A DNA stretch of 64,000 nucleotides from an uncultured cyanobacterium (GTDB taxonomy: Bacteria > Cyanobacteriota > Cyanobacteriia > Phormidesmidales > Phormidesmidaceae). Where the stretch lies: positions 128,001 to 192,000 of the forward strand of contig CAWBZI010000007.1 of the NCBI GenBank assembly GCA_963793265.1. Reading direction: 5' to 3'. The translations under genes and the position numbers were made by a program. Under the pieces are notes generated by a model. That model had not been told where the DNA came from, searched no databases, and saw nothing but the letters and a program-made list of their open reading frames with translations. Below are positions 30,428 to 41,417 of the stretch, piece by piece. Numbering within the stretch: position 1 is the first letter of the stretch; each line of letters opens with the position of its first letter.

Positions 30428-32293
30428 TCAGTCTACCGTTGAGCACTCTAAACACGTCTTGATTTTGCTCAGCAAGCGTGGAAAATCAATTGGCTTAGTG
30501 TCGTAGTCATCACAGCCTGCCGACAGCGCTTTTTCGCGATCGCCCGCCATAGCATGAGCCGTCAGCGCAATAATCGGAATACGGCTAGTCTCAGCATCCG
30601 CCTTAAGCTGCTGCGTCGCCTCCCACCCATCCATCACTGGCAGGCTAATGTCCATTAATATGACCTGAGGCTGTTCTGAAACCGCCTTAGCCACACCGTC
30701 TGCACCGTCAGCCGACAGCACAACGTCATAACCTACACGCTTTAACCGGCGAGAGAGCATATCGGAGTTCAGCTCATTGTCCTCAACCAACAAAATTCTG
30801 ATAGGTGTATCTATAGACTCTCCGTCCGCAGACGAGCGTTCTTCAGGGGCTTCAGAGGCTGCTGGTATTTGTTGAAAATAATCTGTTTGTTTAATAGCAG
30901 TTGCTTGCTGATTCTGACTGGCTTGCGCTAGCTCCTTTTGCAGCGTCATCACCTGCTGCTTCAGCGCTTTTTGCTGTTCCTTTAGCTGCGATCGCTCCAA
31001 ACAGCCCATCACTTTTGCACGCAGCATAACCGACTGATAAGGGCGCGTCATATAGTCTGTCGCACCAATTGCGATCGCCCGCGCAACCGCAGCACGATCT
31101 TCAGGGATAGCCATCATCAAAACAGGGATATGCTGCCAGTCAGCTCTAATTTGCGCTAACACCTCTAGCCCACTGATATCTGGCATATTTATCTCTAGCA
31201 AAATGAGATCAAAAGGCGCAAGTGCGATCGCCTCTAAAGCCTGCTGGCTAGAGGATGTAACGGTTACTTGAGCACCCTGATCTTCCAAATGACGAGAGAG
31301 CAGTACGCCGTTGTACGCATCGTAATCAACGACTAAAATTCGACTGCCTTCTATATTGCCTTCTGCGTAGAGCGTTGGAGAGGTCGGTTGTATGGAAGCC
31401 GTAGCACTTTCAACATCTAGTGAACTACCACCGAGCGCCTGAATAGACTCAAAACGCTGCTCTATAGTTTTATCGAGGTCATTTACTTTAGCTAGCAAAT
31501 CCTGCGCTGAAGCATAGATTCGCTCTAGATCAGGAACAAACTCACCGGGCGCTTCTTCTATCAAAATCTCGCAATAGCCAACAATTGTGCTCAACGGCGT
31601 CAGTAGCTCCCGCCTTAGCGTTGGCCCAAGTAGATCAATTTCTTGCTGTTGAATCTCTACTAAAGCCGGATTCAAAACAGCATGGGAGAGGCGCAGTAAT
31701 TGCTCTCCAGACGTCAGCAGCTTTTGTAAGTCGCTCTGCAAGCTCTCTTTTTCACTCACGTCCTGCCGAGCAAGCAGCCCTAAAAGGAGATCGCTATAGC
31801 CAATAATGCTACAAATCGGGGGATCGAAGTCTTGACGGCGAAGCTGAGTTCTCAGGGCTCGCTGCTGGCGATCGCGATCGGGCCGAGCTAAGTCGGTAGG
31901 TACCTTCGGAACCTCTGGGGGTGAAGCTACCGGCACGATCAATTGAGTCATTTTGGCGATGAGCTGCGGCAGGTCAACGGGCTTTGTATCGTAGTCATCA
32001 CAACCGGCAGCGATCGCCTTTTCCCGTTCGCCCGCTAGCGCATCAGCCGTCAGCGCAATCACAGGAATAGCCTGGGTTTCAGGGTTTGCCTTAATCTGTT
32101 TTGTGGCCTCCCAGCCATTCATAATAGGCAGGTGCAAATCCATCAAAACTAAATCGGGCTGCTCCAAGCGTGCTTTCGTAACGGCCTCAGCGCCATCAAC
32201 CGCCATCACCACCTCGTAGCCTTTGCGTACCAACCGGCGAGAAAGCATGTCTCGATTAATTTCGTTATCTTCAACTAAAAGAATTTTAGACAT
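30428..32293 (-). CDS. Multi-receiver response regulator (REC - degenerate HisKA x2 - REC - REC)
   Basis: ILLVEDN...LMDLHLP...DTKP occurs twice; the middle receiver has LLEINMP; HisKA-like ELLTPLSTIVGY. Confidence 0.85.
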   Translation of the reverse strand: MSKILLVEDNEINRDMLSRRLVRKGYEVVMAVDGAEAVTKARLEQPDLVLMDLHLPIMNGWEATKQIKANPETQAIPVIALTADALAGEREKAIAAGCDDYDTKPVDLPQLIAKMTQLIVPVASPPEVPKVPTDLARPDRDRQQRALRTQLRRQDFDPPICSIIGYSDLLLGLLARQDVSEKESLQSDLQKLLTSGEQLLRLSHAVLNPALVEIQQQEIDLLGPTLRRELLTPLSTIVGYCEILIEEAPGEFVPDLERIYASAQDLLAKVNDLDKTIEQRFESIQALGGSSLDVESATASIQPTSPTLYAEGNIEGSRILVVDYDAYNGVLLSRHLEDQGAQVTVTSSSQQALEAIALAPFDLILLEINMPDISGLEVLAQIRADWQHIPVLMMAIPEDRAAVARAIAIGATDYMTRPYQSVMLRAKVMGCLERSQLKEQQKALKQQVMTLQKELAQASQNQQATAIKQTDYFQQIPAASEAPEERSSADGESIDTPIRILLVEDNELNSDMLSRRLKRVGYDVVLSADGADGVAKAVSEQPQVILMDISLPVMDGWEATQQLKADAETSRIPIIALTAHAMAGDREKALSAGCDDYDTKPIDFPRLLSKIKTCLECSTVD

Positions 32294-34502
32294 GGTGCTT
32301 GCCAGTGGAAAGTTTTGATTCTGAAAGTTTTGATTTTGTAGATGCGATCGCTTCATCACTTGCCGACGGTTCAGCAATCCGCTGGCTCATAGCATCAATC
32401 GCTTGAGCCAAAGGATGCTCAGGATAGCGCAGCGAGAAAACCTCACTACTGGCTAAATGCATCAGCGCCTCAGAGAACGGTAACACCTTACTCACTGGCA
32501 CTTCATAAGCAGTTTCTAACTGTTGCCGGTAGGCAGGCACATCAAAGGCCGGTAGCGCTTTATTCACCACTAGCTGCATCTCTTCTACCGAAAGCATTTT
32601 TGCCAGCTCAACCAACACAGAAGTCCCCTGATAGTCTTGATAGTCTGGGCGCAGCACCACCACTAAAAGATTGCACATAGAAATTGTCTGTAGCGTTTCC
32701 TCACTAATGCCAGGATGCGTATCAATAAATAGGTAGTCTAGCTGCAGATCGCCAATAAGATCGTGAAAGCCATCGGTCAGCTTCTCTTTTTGATAGCCCT
32801 CTCGGGTGATGCGCGTGATATCGCTAGGCTTGGTGCTCGCAGGCACTAGATAGATAGCCCCGTTAGCATTCACACTATTCGGCGGCGAACTCTCTTGCTT
32901 TAGTAAATAGCTCAGGTCTTGAGCGGCCTCATAAAGCGTACTCTCACCCCATAGATAGCTGTTCAGCGTGTGGCCCAGCGCCCGGTCTTTTAGGCCAAAC
33001 AGTACATGCACACCTGGAGAGAGCAAATCAGTGTCTACAACGCCAACGCGCTTTCCCTGCTTTGCCATGCTTATCGCCAGGCTACTTGTTATGTTTGACT
33101 TTCCTGTTCCACCACGAAAGGAATGAACAGCAATAATCTTTGAGTTGTCAGCGTGATACTCAGAAGACTCATCTGAAAAAGAGACTTGCTGCGAAAACTG
33201 CTGCGAGAGCGAAGGATACAAAGACGAACGGTATAGGTTCTCAATATCAAGACTGCCTTTTGTTCGTTCCTGAAGCTGCTGAAAATGGTCAGTCTCAACA
33301 ACTTCAGCAATCATCTGTTGCTTCTGGCCGCTATCGATAGACACCTGCAATAAATGTAGCTGCTGCGCCAAATGCTGCTCGCGAGAATGAACCTCTTGAG
33401 CCATATGCTGAAAAACGCGCGCAAGCTGACCTAGTTCGTCAGGATATTGAATAAGATCGTTCAGGCTCTCAGGCTCAAAGCTATTCGCTTCTACGGCGGC
33501 TGCTGCTGTGGTCAAACGCTTTACCTGCTGTAGATACAGAATCTCCTGATCGCGCAGTTGCTTGCGCTCCAAATAAGCACCGATTCTCGCCTTTAATAAA
33601 GTAGGGTCAAACGGCTTGTGTAAATAGTCTTCGGCCCCTAGCTCAATACATCTAACCGCGCCTTCTATCTCATCTAAAGCCGAAATCATAATCACTGGAA
33701 TATGCCGCCAGGTGTCGTGGCTTTTAAGCTGCTGTAGCAGTTCGACCCCGCTCATACCCGGCATAATTACGTCTAGCAAAATCAGATCGTAAGAAAGCGC
33801 TCGCAATAGGCGTAAACCCTGCTGAGCGCTGGTTGCCGTTGTTACTGTATAAGCTTGTTTTTTGAGCTGTCGGGCAAGCAAATCACAGTTAGTAGGGTTG
33901 TCATCAATGACTAAAATCATCCCCCCTTGAGGCGGCTGCTTAAGAGAATCTTGCTGCAATACCTGAAGCGCACTGGTGACGCTTTTTGCCAGGTGAGCGG
34001 CCTCTAAACTTTCGAGCGAAAGCGGGGCCGTACTATCCGACTTGGTGGTGATCATCTGAAGCTGCTGCTGAGCCAAATGAACAATATCACTCGTCAGCGC
34101 TAGTAGCTGCTGAGCTGAGCCGTTGAGCTTGTCAATATCAGGAATTAGCTCAGCTGGGGCCTCCTCTAGTAGCATTTCGCAGTAGCCAATAATCGTGCTT
34201 AGCGGCGTTAGCAGCTCCATTCGCAAAGTAGCGCCAAAGCTATCTAAGTCGCCGTCAATCTGGCTTTTCTCAAGCTGCTCAGGATCGAGAATAGCCGTGA
34301 CCAGCTCTAATAGCTGCTGGCTACAGCTACGGATCTTTTGGAGGTCTTCAAATAAGGTGGATGATGGCTGGCTCTGTAGCTCCTCTAAAAGCAAATCGCT
34401 ATAGCCAATCATGCCGCTAATAGGCGTGCAGAGTTCGTGGCGTAAATAAGTAACTAATGTATGGTGAGCGGGCGCGTGGTGCGCAGGCGTATCTTTCGAC
34501 AT
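32286..34502 (-). CDS. HisKA-like x2 - REC - HAMP-like - MinD/ParA ATPase fusion
   Basis: LRHELCTPISGMIGY; VIDDN..LLDVIMP..HKPF; deviant Walker A HSFRGGTGKS; IDTHPG. Confidence 0.82.
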   Translation of the reverse strand: MSKDTPAHHAPAHHTLVTYLRHELCTPISGMIGYSDLLLEELQSQPSSTLFEDLQKIRSCSQQLLELVTAILDPEQLEKSQIDGDLDSFGATLRMELLTPLSTIIGYCEMLLEEAPAELIPDIDKLNGSAQQLLALTSDIVHLAQQQLQMITTKSDSTAPLSLESLEAAHLAKSVTSALQVLQQDSLKQPPQGGMILVIDDNPTNCDLLARQLKKQAYTVTTATSAQQGLRLLRALSYDLILLDVIMPGMSGVELLQQLKSHDTWRHIPVIMISALDEIEGAVRCIELGAEDYLHKPFDPTLLKARIGAYLERKQLRDQEILYLQQVKRLTTAAAAVEANSFEPESLNDLIQYPDELGQLARVFQHMAQEVHSREQHLAQQLHLLQVSIDSGQKQQMIAEVVETDHFQQLQERTKGSLDIENLYRSSLYPSLSQQFSQQVSFSDESSEYHADNSKIIAVHSFRGGTGKSNITSSLAISMAKQGKRVGVVDTDLLSPGVHVLFGLKDRALGHTLNSYLWGESTLYEAAQDLSYLLKQESSPPNSVNANGAIYLVPASTKPSDITRITREGYQKEKLTDGFHDLIGDLQLDYLFIDTHPGISEETLQTISMCNLLVVVLRPDYQDYQGTSVLVELAKMLSVEEMQLVVNKALPAFDVPAYRQQLETAYEVPVSKVLPFSEALMHLASSEVFSLRYPEHPLAQAIDAMSQRIAEPSASDEAIASTKSKLSESKLSTGKHHV

Positions 34503-34534
34503 CTTCGATAACCAGTCCTAATAATAAGCCTTCT

Positions 34535-37042
34535 TTAGTGCGCTGTTAGCAAGTGATTAATCTCGTCTAGCAAAACCTGTTTGCTGCTGCCACCCTTTTG
34601 ATAAATCCGCTGAGTTTTCCCCTCTAGCCAAGCGCGTTCTTCATGGCTCAAATCCTTAGCGGTTAGCACCACTACCGGGATCTGTCGCCACTGCGGACGC
34701 TGGCGAAGCTCGCGAATAAACTCAAACCCGTCCATTTCAGGCATCATCAAGTCCAACAGGATAATGCTCGGCGTTTCAACTGACACTATCTCTAGCGCCC
34801 TACGCCCGTTTTCAGCTTCAACCGTATGCCATCCCGCTTTCGTAAGCTGACGACATATCATCTCACGATTGTCCACATTATCTTCTACAACCATCACAGA
34901 AGATGGTGACAGCTCGGCGCGATACGGCTGCAAAAGCCCCAGCAGTCGGTCGTAATCAATCGGCTTTAACACATAGTCAACTGCGCCTAGAGCGCTGCCT
35001 AGCGACTGGTCATCTACAATGGTCACCATCACCACTGGAATATCGGCCAAATCTGGATCGGACTTGAGCCGACTCAACACCTCCCAACCGTTAAGATTAG
35101 GCATTTTTACATCAAGCAAAATAGCCGCAGGCGATTGTTCTTTAGCCAATCGGATACCCTCTTCGCCACTTGAGGTTGAAAGCGCAATAAACCCTTCTCG
35201 CACTAAAAAACGCTGCATAATATCGCGCGCGGCTGGGTCATCGTCAATCACCAGGATAGTGCTAGCGCCCACGACTGAAGATGATACGCCGGTAGAAGCT
35301 TCACTGGCTTTAGGCAGCGTTGGTGCGATCGCCCCCTCAACCAAAAGTGGCTGCACCCGCTCAGGCAAACGAATGGTAAACGTTGTGCCCCGCCCAGCAT
35401 CGCTCTTAACTTTAATTTGTCCGCCCATCAGCTCACAAAACTGCTGGGTAATCACTAAGCCCAACCCGGTACCGCCATATTTACGCGTGGTTGAAGCGTC
35501 AGCCTGTGAGAAAGAGTGAAACAGCTTGGCCTGCTGCTCAGGGTTCATCCCGATGCCGGTATCGCTTACCCTGAAATCTATCCAGCCTTTTTCTATCTGT
35601 TGTACTTCAAGCGTAATCGTCCCGTTTTCTGTAAACTTGCTGGCATTGCTGAGCAGATTAAACAAACTTTGACGCAGCTTAGTCACATCAGCAGTCATGG
35701 TGCCAATGTCATCAGGGCAGTTTATCACTAGCGTATTGTGGTTTTTAGCAACCAATGGACGCAGCGTATCGGTGACTTCTTTGAGTAGAGGGGCGATCGC
35801 GAACGTCTCTAAAAAGAGTTCCATCTTGCCCGCTTCAACCTTAGAAAGATCCAAAATGTTGTTAATTAGCCCGAGCAAATGCTTGCCCGCCCCGTGAATC
35901 TTTTGCACATCAGGCACCAGGGCGCGCGAGCTGGCATCCGTCATTTCTTCAACCAGCATTTCGCTATAGCCAATAATGGCATTCAGCGGCGTGCGTAGCT
36001 CATGGCTCATATTCGCCAAAAACTTACTCTTAGTCGCGTTTGCCTCTTTGGCCTGAGCCGTTGCCGACTGAGCCACCTTCATACTTTTTGCAAGCTGATG
36101 CGTCCGCTTCTCAACCGCCTGAGCCAGGTTTTGCTCTCGGCTGGCCACCTCTTGAGCCATATGCTGAAACGCGCGGGCAAGCTGTCCGGGCTCGTCGGCG
36201 CGGCGGGCGATTCGATGGATTTTGGGCGAGTCAAACTCACTGACCCTCTTCGCTGTGACAGAGCCAGTCGTCAGCCTTTGGGCAATGCTTGTAAGCTGCT
36301 TAACCGGGCTGATTACCCGCCGCTTGAGTAGCTGACTTACCAGCAGCGAGAGCATCGTGAAAATAGAGATAAAAATACCCATGGTCAATACTAAGTACTG
36401 ACGACCCTTAGCAAATACTGCGCTAGAGGGCACATAAATAGTCTGAGCGGCAACCACACTGCCAAGCTGCCAGCCATAGCCGTTCTGATCCCCGAAGGTT
36501 GCAAGCTGACTTTTGGGGGCAGCCTCAGGTCGGCCATGGCACTGCAAACAGCTAGCCGCCGATACTTTCAAAGGGCGAGAGGTGAAAAAGAGATCTTGCC
36601 CAGCTACGTTTCGGTAGCCAGAGAGCTTAGCCATATCAGGTTGAGCCTGAAACTGTTCTACCAGCCGAGCTTCAAACTCGTCTGCTTTATCTTCAAGATT
36701 AGTCGGGTTCAGCGTCGCTTCTTTGTAGAAGAAATCCTCATACTCGGGCTGCGCTCGAAAGTTATTAAAAACTTCTTTGGCTGAATAGGCAGGCACTACT
36801 TCGCTAATAAAAGCGGGCGCTATGGCTAGCTGGTCTTGCAGCAGAGGGGCCACGTGATCGCTCGTATAGCTTCTGACCGCGTTCATCGTCTGGGTCAAAA
36901 TTTCGGCTTTGGTCGTAATTTCGTCTTCTGCCTTACGCTGCATCGCCTCCGATAGGGTAACGCCGCTGAGGATGATGCCGCCTAAGAAAATTAAGGTTAA
37001 CAGCAGGGTGAATTGAGTGCCAAGCTTAAGTTTTCTAAACAT
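34535..37042 (-). CDS. Hybrid sensor histidine kinase with periplasmic c-type heme (DUF3365/Tll0287-like) domain, HAMP and two receivers
   Basis: Two TM helices; [10 protein letters not shown] and [39 protein letters not shown]; two REC domains. Confidence 0.9.
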   Translation of the reverse strand: MFRKLKLGTQFTLLLTLIFLGGIILSGVTLSEAMQRKAEDEITTKAEILTQTMNAVRSYTSDHVAPLLQDQLAIAPAFISEVVPAYSAKEVFNNFRAQPEYEDFFYKEATLNPTNLEDKADEFEARLVEQFQAQPDMAKLSGYRNVAGQDLFFTSRPLKVSAASCLQCHGRPEAAPKSQLATFGDQNGYGWQLGSVVAAQTIYVPSSAVFAKGRQYLVLTMGIFISIFTMLSLLVSQLLKRRVISPVKQLTSIAQRLTTGSVTAKRVSEFDSPKIHRIARRADEPGQLARAFQHMAQEVASREQNLAQAVEKRTHQLAKSMKVAQSATAQAKEANATKSKFLANMSHELRTPLNAIIGYSEMLVEEMTDASSRALVPDVQKIHGAGKHLLGLINNILDLSKVEAGKMELFLETFAIAPLLKEVTDTLRPLVAKNHNTLVINCPDDIGTMTADVTKLRQSLFNLLSNASKFTENGTITLEVQQIEKGWIDFRVSDTGIGMNPEQQAKLFHSFSQADASTTRKYGGTGLGLVITQQFCELMGGQIKVKSDAGRGTTFTIRLPERVQPLLVEGAIAPTLPKASEASTGVSSSVVGASTILVIDDDPAARDIMQRFLVREGFIALSTSSGEEGIRLAKEQSPAAILLDVKMPNLNGWEVLSRLKSDPDLADIPVVMVTIVDDQSLGSALGAVDYVLKPIDYDRLLGLLQPYRAELSPSSVMVVEDNVDNREMICRQLTKAGWHTVEAENGRRALEIVSVETPSIILLDLMMPEMDGFEFIRELRQRPQWRQIPVVVLTAKDLSHEERAWLEGKTQRIYQKGGSSKQVLLDEINHLLTAH

Positions 37043-37423
37043 TTTTAGCTCTTATATATGTTCGTTAGCTTGGAGAAGACGCGATCGCACGTGAATCCAA
37101 ACGCTTTTCCTAACGTCAGCTCAAAACGGTAGATAGCCAGTGAAATCACGTAATTTGCATAACGTAAAATATACATTTTATCAGAGCATACCGAAGAAAT
37201 TCTTATAAAACTTCCTAATGTGGAAACCTGAAACATTTTTTTACCGCACGTATAGACGCTAGAAATTTTAGCAATCGAGGACTTCTCTCGTTTTTCTTGA
37301 TTGCTATCCTGTTGTCATACTCTTTAAACGACAACAACACCAACAGCGAGATTTTTTACATATCTCTCTATTGATGTTGTTGTTTTTAGCTGTGTTAGCT
37401 GTGTTAGAAACGAGCGTCTGCGT

Positions 37424-37912
37424 CTAGGCAGCTCTCAAGTACTCAACCTCAAACCCGTGATAATACGGTCTACCCCCTGACGTTAAAAGCTGTTGTAGCT
37501 TAGGAATTTCACCACTGTTATAAACTCGGAACTCGCTTTCTACTTTAGCCGTCTGCTCTCTTACCGCCTGATTAATCACCAGCGAACCGTCTCTATCTGA
37601 CTCAGAGCGGTGAAACGTGCCGGGTGGAATCCGTAGAATATGTTTGTTAGCATCTAGCCTGACCACATGATACGGGTTTTCCCATTCAAAATTAACGAGG
37701 TGAAACGTGCGACCCCCTGAGAGTGCTAGTAAATTGTCTTCCTGACGAGGATGCAAGTAGAACTGCCAGTCGCCTTGTTCAGCATTGTTTGGACTAATCG
37801 CTGGCCCGGTATGGCAAACCAAATCACGGGCGTTAGAAGACGGTACTGTGATGTCAAAAAACTGAACGCTAGGCGTATCTCTGAACTTTTGGAACTGAAG
37901 TAACTCGAACAT
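37424..37912 (-). CDS. Cupin-fold conserved cyanobacterial protein
   Basis: FYLHPRQEDNLL and LRIPPGTFHRS cupin motifs. Confidence 0.7.
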   Translation of the reverse strand: MFELLQFQKFRDTPSVQFFDITVPSSNARDLVCHTGPAISPNNAEQGDWQFYLHPRQEDNLLALSGGRTFHLVNFEWENPYHVVRLDANKHILRIPPGTFHRSESDRDGSLVINQAVREQTAKVESEFRVYNSGEIPKLQQLLTSGGRPYYHGFEVEYLRAA

Positions 37913-38042
37913 AGGAACCCCTCATTTGTAAGGTCATTAGAAACTTGACCTCTGTGAATTGTTGTAACCTTAACTTTACCTTTAGCAATGATCAAACCGC
38001 CTGCTGGTATATATCTATGCGCAAAGCGAATATAAGTTGTCT

Positions 38043-38918
38043 ATGAACATTTTTCAGCTGGAAGTGCTCGCTGCGGTCACACAGCACGGTACTTTCTCGG
38101 AGGCAGCGATCGCACTCGAAGTCTCTCAGTCAGCGGTTAGCCGGGCCATTGCCGCTCTAGAAACCGAGCTAGGCATTCCGCTACTCACGCGGGGTCGATT
38201 TGGCGCTAAGCTCACCCCGGTTGGAGAGCGGATTATCCGGCACAGTGAGAAAATGCTGGAACTCAAGGAGCACATAGACTATGAGGCCAATCTAGAAAAG
38301 GGTCTGTACCGCTCTCGCCTGCGAATTTCTTCGTTTCGCAGCGCCGCAACCCATCTGCTACCGGCTAACATCGCCCGATTTCGCAAGCAGTTTCCCTACG
38401 TAGAGATCACCCTTTCAGAGCTTGATCCTGCCGGGGTAGAAAATTCTCTACGAGAAGGCAATACGGATATAGGACTCATTCCCTTGCCGCGCTCGGAAGA
38501 GTTTAGGACAGTTGAAATCGCCCGCGATGAATATGTTGTCTTACTCCCTAAGATAGATCCACCGCCGCCCAAAGATCTAACCTGGGAAGATCTTTCTGGC
38601 TACTCTTTTATTCTGTTTAACTACGCTGAGTGTACGAGCGCTGTACGCGACCATTGGGACAGGTGGAAACAGCCTTTTGAGGTGGCCTATGTTATTAAAG
38701 AAGACTCGACAATTGTGAGTATGGTTGCCCAAGGGTTAGGCGCGGCCATTTTGCCAAGACTCGCCGCGCTGCCGATTCCAGATGAGGTGTATGTGCGATC
38801 GCTACCCATCCGCTTAAATCGCATCATCGGCGCAGCGGTTTTAGCCAATACGCCCCCCTCACCTGCGGTACAAATGTTTTTGGACGTACTGAGCCAGCGG
38901 GGCAGATTCTCTGAGTAG
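38043..38918 (+). CDS. LysR family transcriptional regulator
   Basis: GTFSEAAIALEVSQSAVSRAIAALETELG; VAQGLGAAILP. Confidence 0.92.
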   Translation: MNIFQLEVLAAVTQHGTFSEAAIALEVSQSAVSRAIAALETELGIPLLTRGRFGAKLTPVGERIIRHSEKMLELKEHIDYEANLEKGLYRSRLRISSFRSAATHLLPANIARFRKQFPYVEITLSELDPAGVENSLREGNTDIGLIPLPRSEEFRTVEIARDEYVVLLPKIDPPPPKDLTWEDLSGYSFILFNYAECTSAVRDHWDRWKQPFEVAYVIKEDSTIVSMVAQGLGAAILPRLAALPIPDEVYVRSLPIRLNRIIGAAVLANTPPSPAVQMFLDVLSQRGRFSE

Positions 38919-38926
38919 GGCTTTTT

Positions 38927-40138
38927 CTAAGTGCCCTTTTGGTCAATCACCAAAGCCTGCTCCAAAGCCGCTTTCTCTTTTGCCCGCCTGGCGTAAGCTT
39001 CTAATGATGAGAGACTAAACCCTGAGAGAATGCTGAGATTTTCCAGACTCATCCCTTTCGTCAGTAGCTCTATGCACCAAGTTTGGCGCGCGTGAAAAGG
39101 CGTCGCTGGTAAGCCCGTGACGGTAAGCGTTTCCGCAGCGATTGTGTTCCACAGCTCAATAATGCCGTCTGTATCCAACGGCTTCGCGTCTGTATCAACA
39201 AACATTTCAGGCTGTTCATCCTGACGACTTTTGAGCCATTGCGTGAGCGGATTTTTGAGATAGGTGCCGTAGCGGTTGCCCAGTATCCAACGGTTCAGCG
39301 GCACCTGTCTGGATATCCGCTGACTACTCGGCTCTGTGATGGTGAGCAGGTGCTGAGATTTGCTGCTTAAGGAGTGCGATCGCAGCAGTCCTACTGCTTC
39401 TTCTACGCGCAGCCCCGCACCAAACAGAACGTAAGTCAAAGCGTATTCCTGCGGGCCGAGCTTCTTTGCTTTTTGGAAGAGCGATCGCACCGTTTCTGCG
39501 GGCAAATCTTCAACAACACCTGTCCCTTCGCTCATCGGGCTATCAGCAGTGATAGCTTGGTCGCTGCTAGCTGCTAAGAACAAAGCATTCGTCGCCGCTA
39601 AAAAGTCTTCCTGGCTCTGTTTAATCCCGTGTCCACCGCTGGCAAACTCCATCACCGCCCGGCCCATCACCAGCATATTTAAAAGGCTCGCGACTGTCTC
39701 TACAGAGAGCCCAGGCGGCAGGCTCACCCCAGCACCGCGTAAGTAGCCTACTGTTTGCTGATTCGCCAGGCACAGCGTTTGCCCCAACGCCTGCAAATTT
39801 TCAGCGGGCGCTTGACCGGCTTCTCCAATGAGCGATCGCACCAGCTCTGGCGCATCTCCTAACAGCTCTAGTCCCAAAGCGCCATAGGCCATCACGGGCT
39901 CATTAGCACCCACGATATCTGCGAGCGCCGCTTGCATACTCTCAACAATAGGCGCTTCTTCTAAAACGGCCAAAAGTAAGCCGTGCTTGCTACCAAACTG
40001 CCGAAACAAAGTCACTTCATTTACCCCAGCCTGCTCAGCCGTTTGCTTGGTCGTTGTCGCCGTAATGCCTTGTGTTAAAAACAGCGATACTGCTGACTTT
40101 AGTATCTTTTCTCTGCTAGATATCTTTTGCTCTGCCAT
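38927..40138 (-). CDS. TetR family regulator with C-terminal tyrosine-recombinase-like domain
   Basis: TetR HTH AEQAGVNEVTLFRQFGSK; C-terminal GAGLRVEE and TPFHARQTW...SLEAYAR. Confidence 0.8.
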   Translation of the reverse strand: MAEQKISSREKILKSAVSLFLTQGITATTTKQTAEQAGVNEVTLFRQFGSKHGLLLAVLEEAPIVESMQAALADIVGANEPVMAYGALGLELLGDAPELVRSLIGEAGQAPAENLQALGQTLCLANQQTVGYLRGAGVSLPPGLSVETVASLLNMLVMGRAVMEFASGGHGIKQSQEDFLAATNALFLAASSDQAITADSPMSEGTGVVEDLPAETVRSLFQKAKKLGPQEYALTYVLFGAGLRVEEAVGLLRSHSLSSKSQHLLTITEPSSQRISRQVPLNRWILGNRYGTYLKNPLTQWLKSRQDEQPEMFVDTDAKPLDTDGIIELWNTIAAETLTVTGLPATPFHARQTWCIELLTKGMSLENLSILSGFSLSSLEAYARRAKEKAALEQALVIDQKGT

Positions 40139-40222
40139 CTTTCTTTAGGGTTGTGTGTACGGTCTTGAAAAGAATATAAATACTTGTCTATAGGAACCTA
40201 GTGAGTCATTCGGAATATATTT

Positions 40223-40286
40223 TGCAAGTAACACTTGCACTATTGTAGCACCTACGCTAGGCTAACAAATGTAAGCAGCACTTGCA
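40223..40286. promoter_or_regulatory. Two palindromic operators between tetR and desC
   Basis: TGCAAGT-AAC-ACTTGCA (40223-40239) and TGTAAGC-AGC-ACTTGCA (40270-40286). Confidence 0.65.
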
Positions 40287-40352
40287 GAGGTTATTCCGCT
40301 GGCCGATCTGTTTACCCAGCAGTCACTATCAATCAATCGTTCAAAGGACACT

Positions 40353-41306
40353 ATGAACACTGGCATTCCCCCCAAAAACTTCCCCTCACCTTCGCTATTT
40401 AAGGGTTCTCTAAGTGAAGGCAGCCTGCGCCCTGCTGCCAAAGCTTCAGTATCCACCGAACCCAACCAGGCAGATCAGCCCACCGACAAGCCCGCCGATA
40501 AAATTAGCTGGCTGACCGTCGGCTTTTTTGGGGTGTTTCACGCGTTTGCGCTGCTTGCGCCCTGGTGTTTCTCCTGGCCTGCGCTCGGAGCAGCCATCTT
40601 TCTACACTGGGTCAGCGGCAGCATTGGCATTTGCATGGGCTATCACCGAATGCTTACCCACCGTAGCTTTAAGGTGCCAAAGTGGCTGGAATACATCATC
40701 GCCACAGCAGGCGCGCTGGCCTTGCAAGGTGGCCCTACGTTCTGGGTCGCAGGCCACCGGCAGCACCACGCCTTTACCGAAGACGTAGAGAAAGATCCGT
40801 ATTCGGCCAAAAAAGGCTTCTGGTGGAGCCACATGGTTTGGATGTTCTACCTCAAGCCAGAAGTGTTTGACCGTAAGATATATGCGAAAAACGCGCCTGA
40901 TATTGCTCGCGACCCTTACTACGCCTTTTTAGACAAGTACTTTCTTGTGCTGCAAGTGCCGGTTGCACTTATTCTATATGCCATGGGCGGCTGGTCGTTT
41001 GTCATCTACGGCGTGTTCGTCAGAGCGGTTGCCCTGTGGCACTGCACCTGGCTAATTAATTCTGCTAATCACATATCCGGCTATCGCCACTTCGAGAGCG
41101 ACGACAACTCTCGAAACCTTTGGTGGGTAGCACTTCTCACCTATGGCGAAGGCTGGCACAACAACCACCACGCTTTTCCTAAAATGGCTAAAGCTGGGTT
41201 GACGAAGTGGGAGATTGACCCGACCTGGTGGTTGATTAAAGGGCTTAAGAAGGTTGGCTTAGCGACTAAAGTTGTGATGCCGCCAGCTAAAGCAAGTGTT
41301 AGATAG
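40353..41306 (+). CDS. desC: Acyl-lipid delta-9 desaturase
   Basis: His boxes HRMLTH, HRQHH and HNNHH; GFWWSH, EIDPTWW. Confidence 0.88.
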   Translation: MNTGIPPKNFPSPSLFKGSLSEGSLRPAAKASVSTEPNQADQPTDKPADKISWLTVGFFGVFHAFALLAPWCFSWPALGAAIFLHWVSGSIGICMGYHRMLTHRSFKVPKWLEYIIATAGALALQGGPTFWVAGHRQHHAFTEDVEKDPYSAKKGFWWSHMVWMFYLKPEVFDRKIYAKNAPDIARDPYYAFLDKYFLVLQVPVALILYAMGGWSFVIYGVFVRAVALWHCTWLINSANHISGYRHFESDDNSRNLWWVALLTYGEGWHNNHHAFPKMAKAGLTKWEIDPTWWLIKGLKKVGLATKVVMPPAKASVR

Positions 41307-41344
41307 GATTTGAGCTGGCTTTAGGACAATTGAGGCTATGGAAT

Positions 41345-41378
41345 AAGGTCTGGTGATCGCGATCGCCAGACCTTTTAT
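41345..41378 (+). terminator. Putative intrinsic terminator after desC
   Basis: Hairpin AAGGTCTGGTGAT-CGCG-ATCGCCAGACCTT followed by TTAT. Confidence 0.5.
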
Positions 41379-41417
41379 CGTTTTAAAGGACTGGCGTCGA
41401 AATAGAATACCGTTAGT

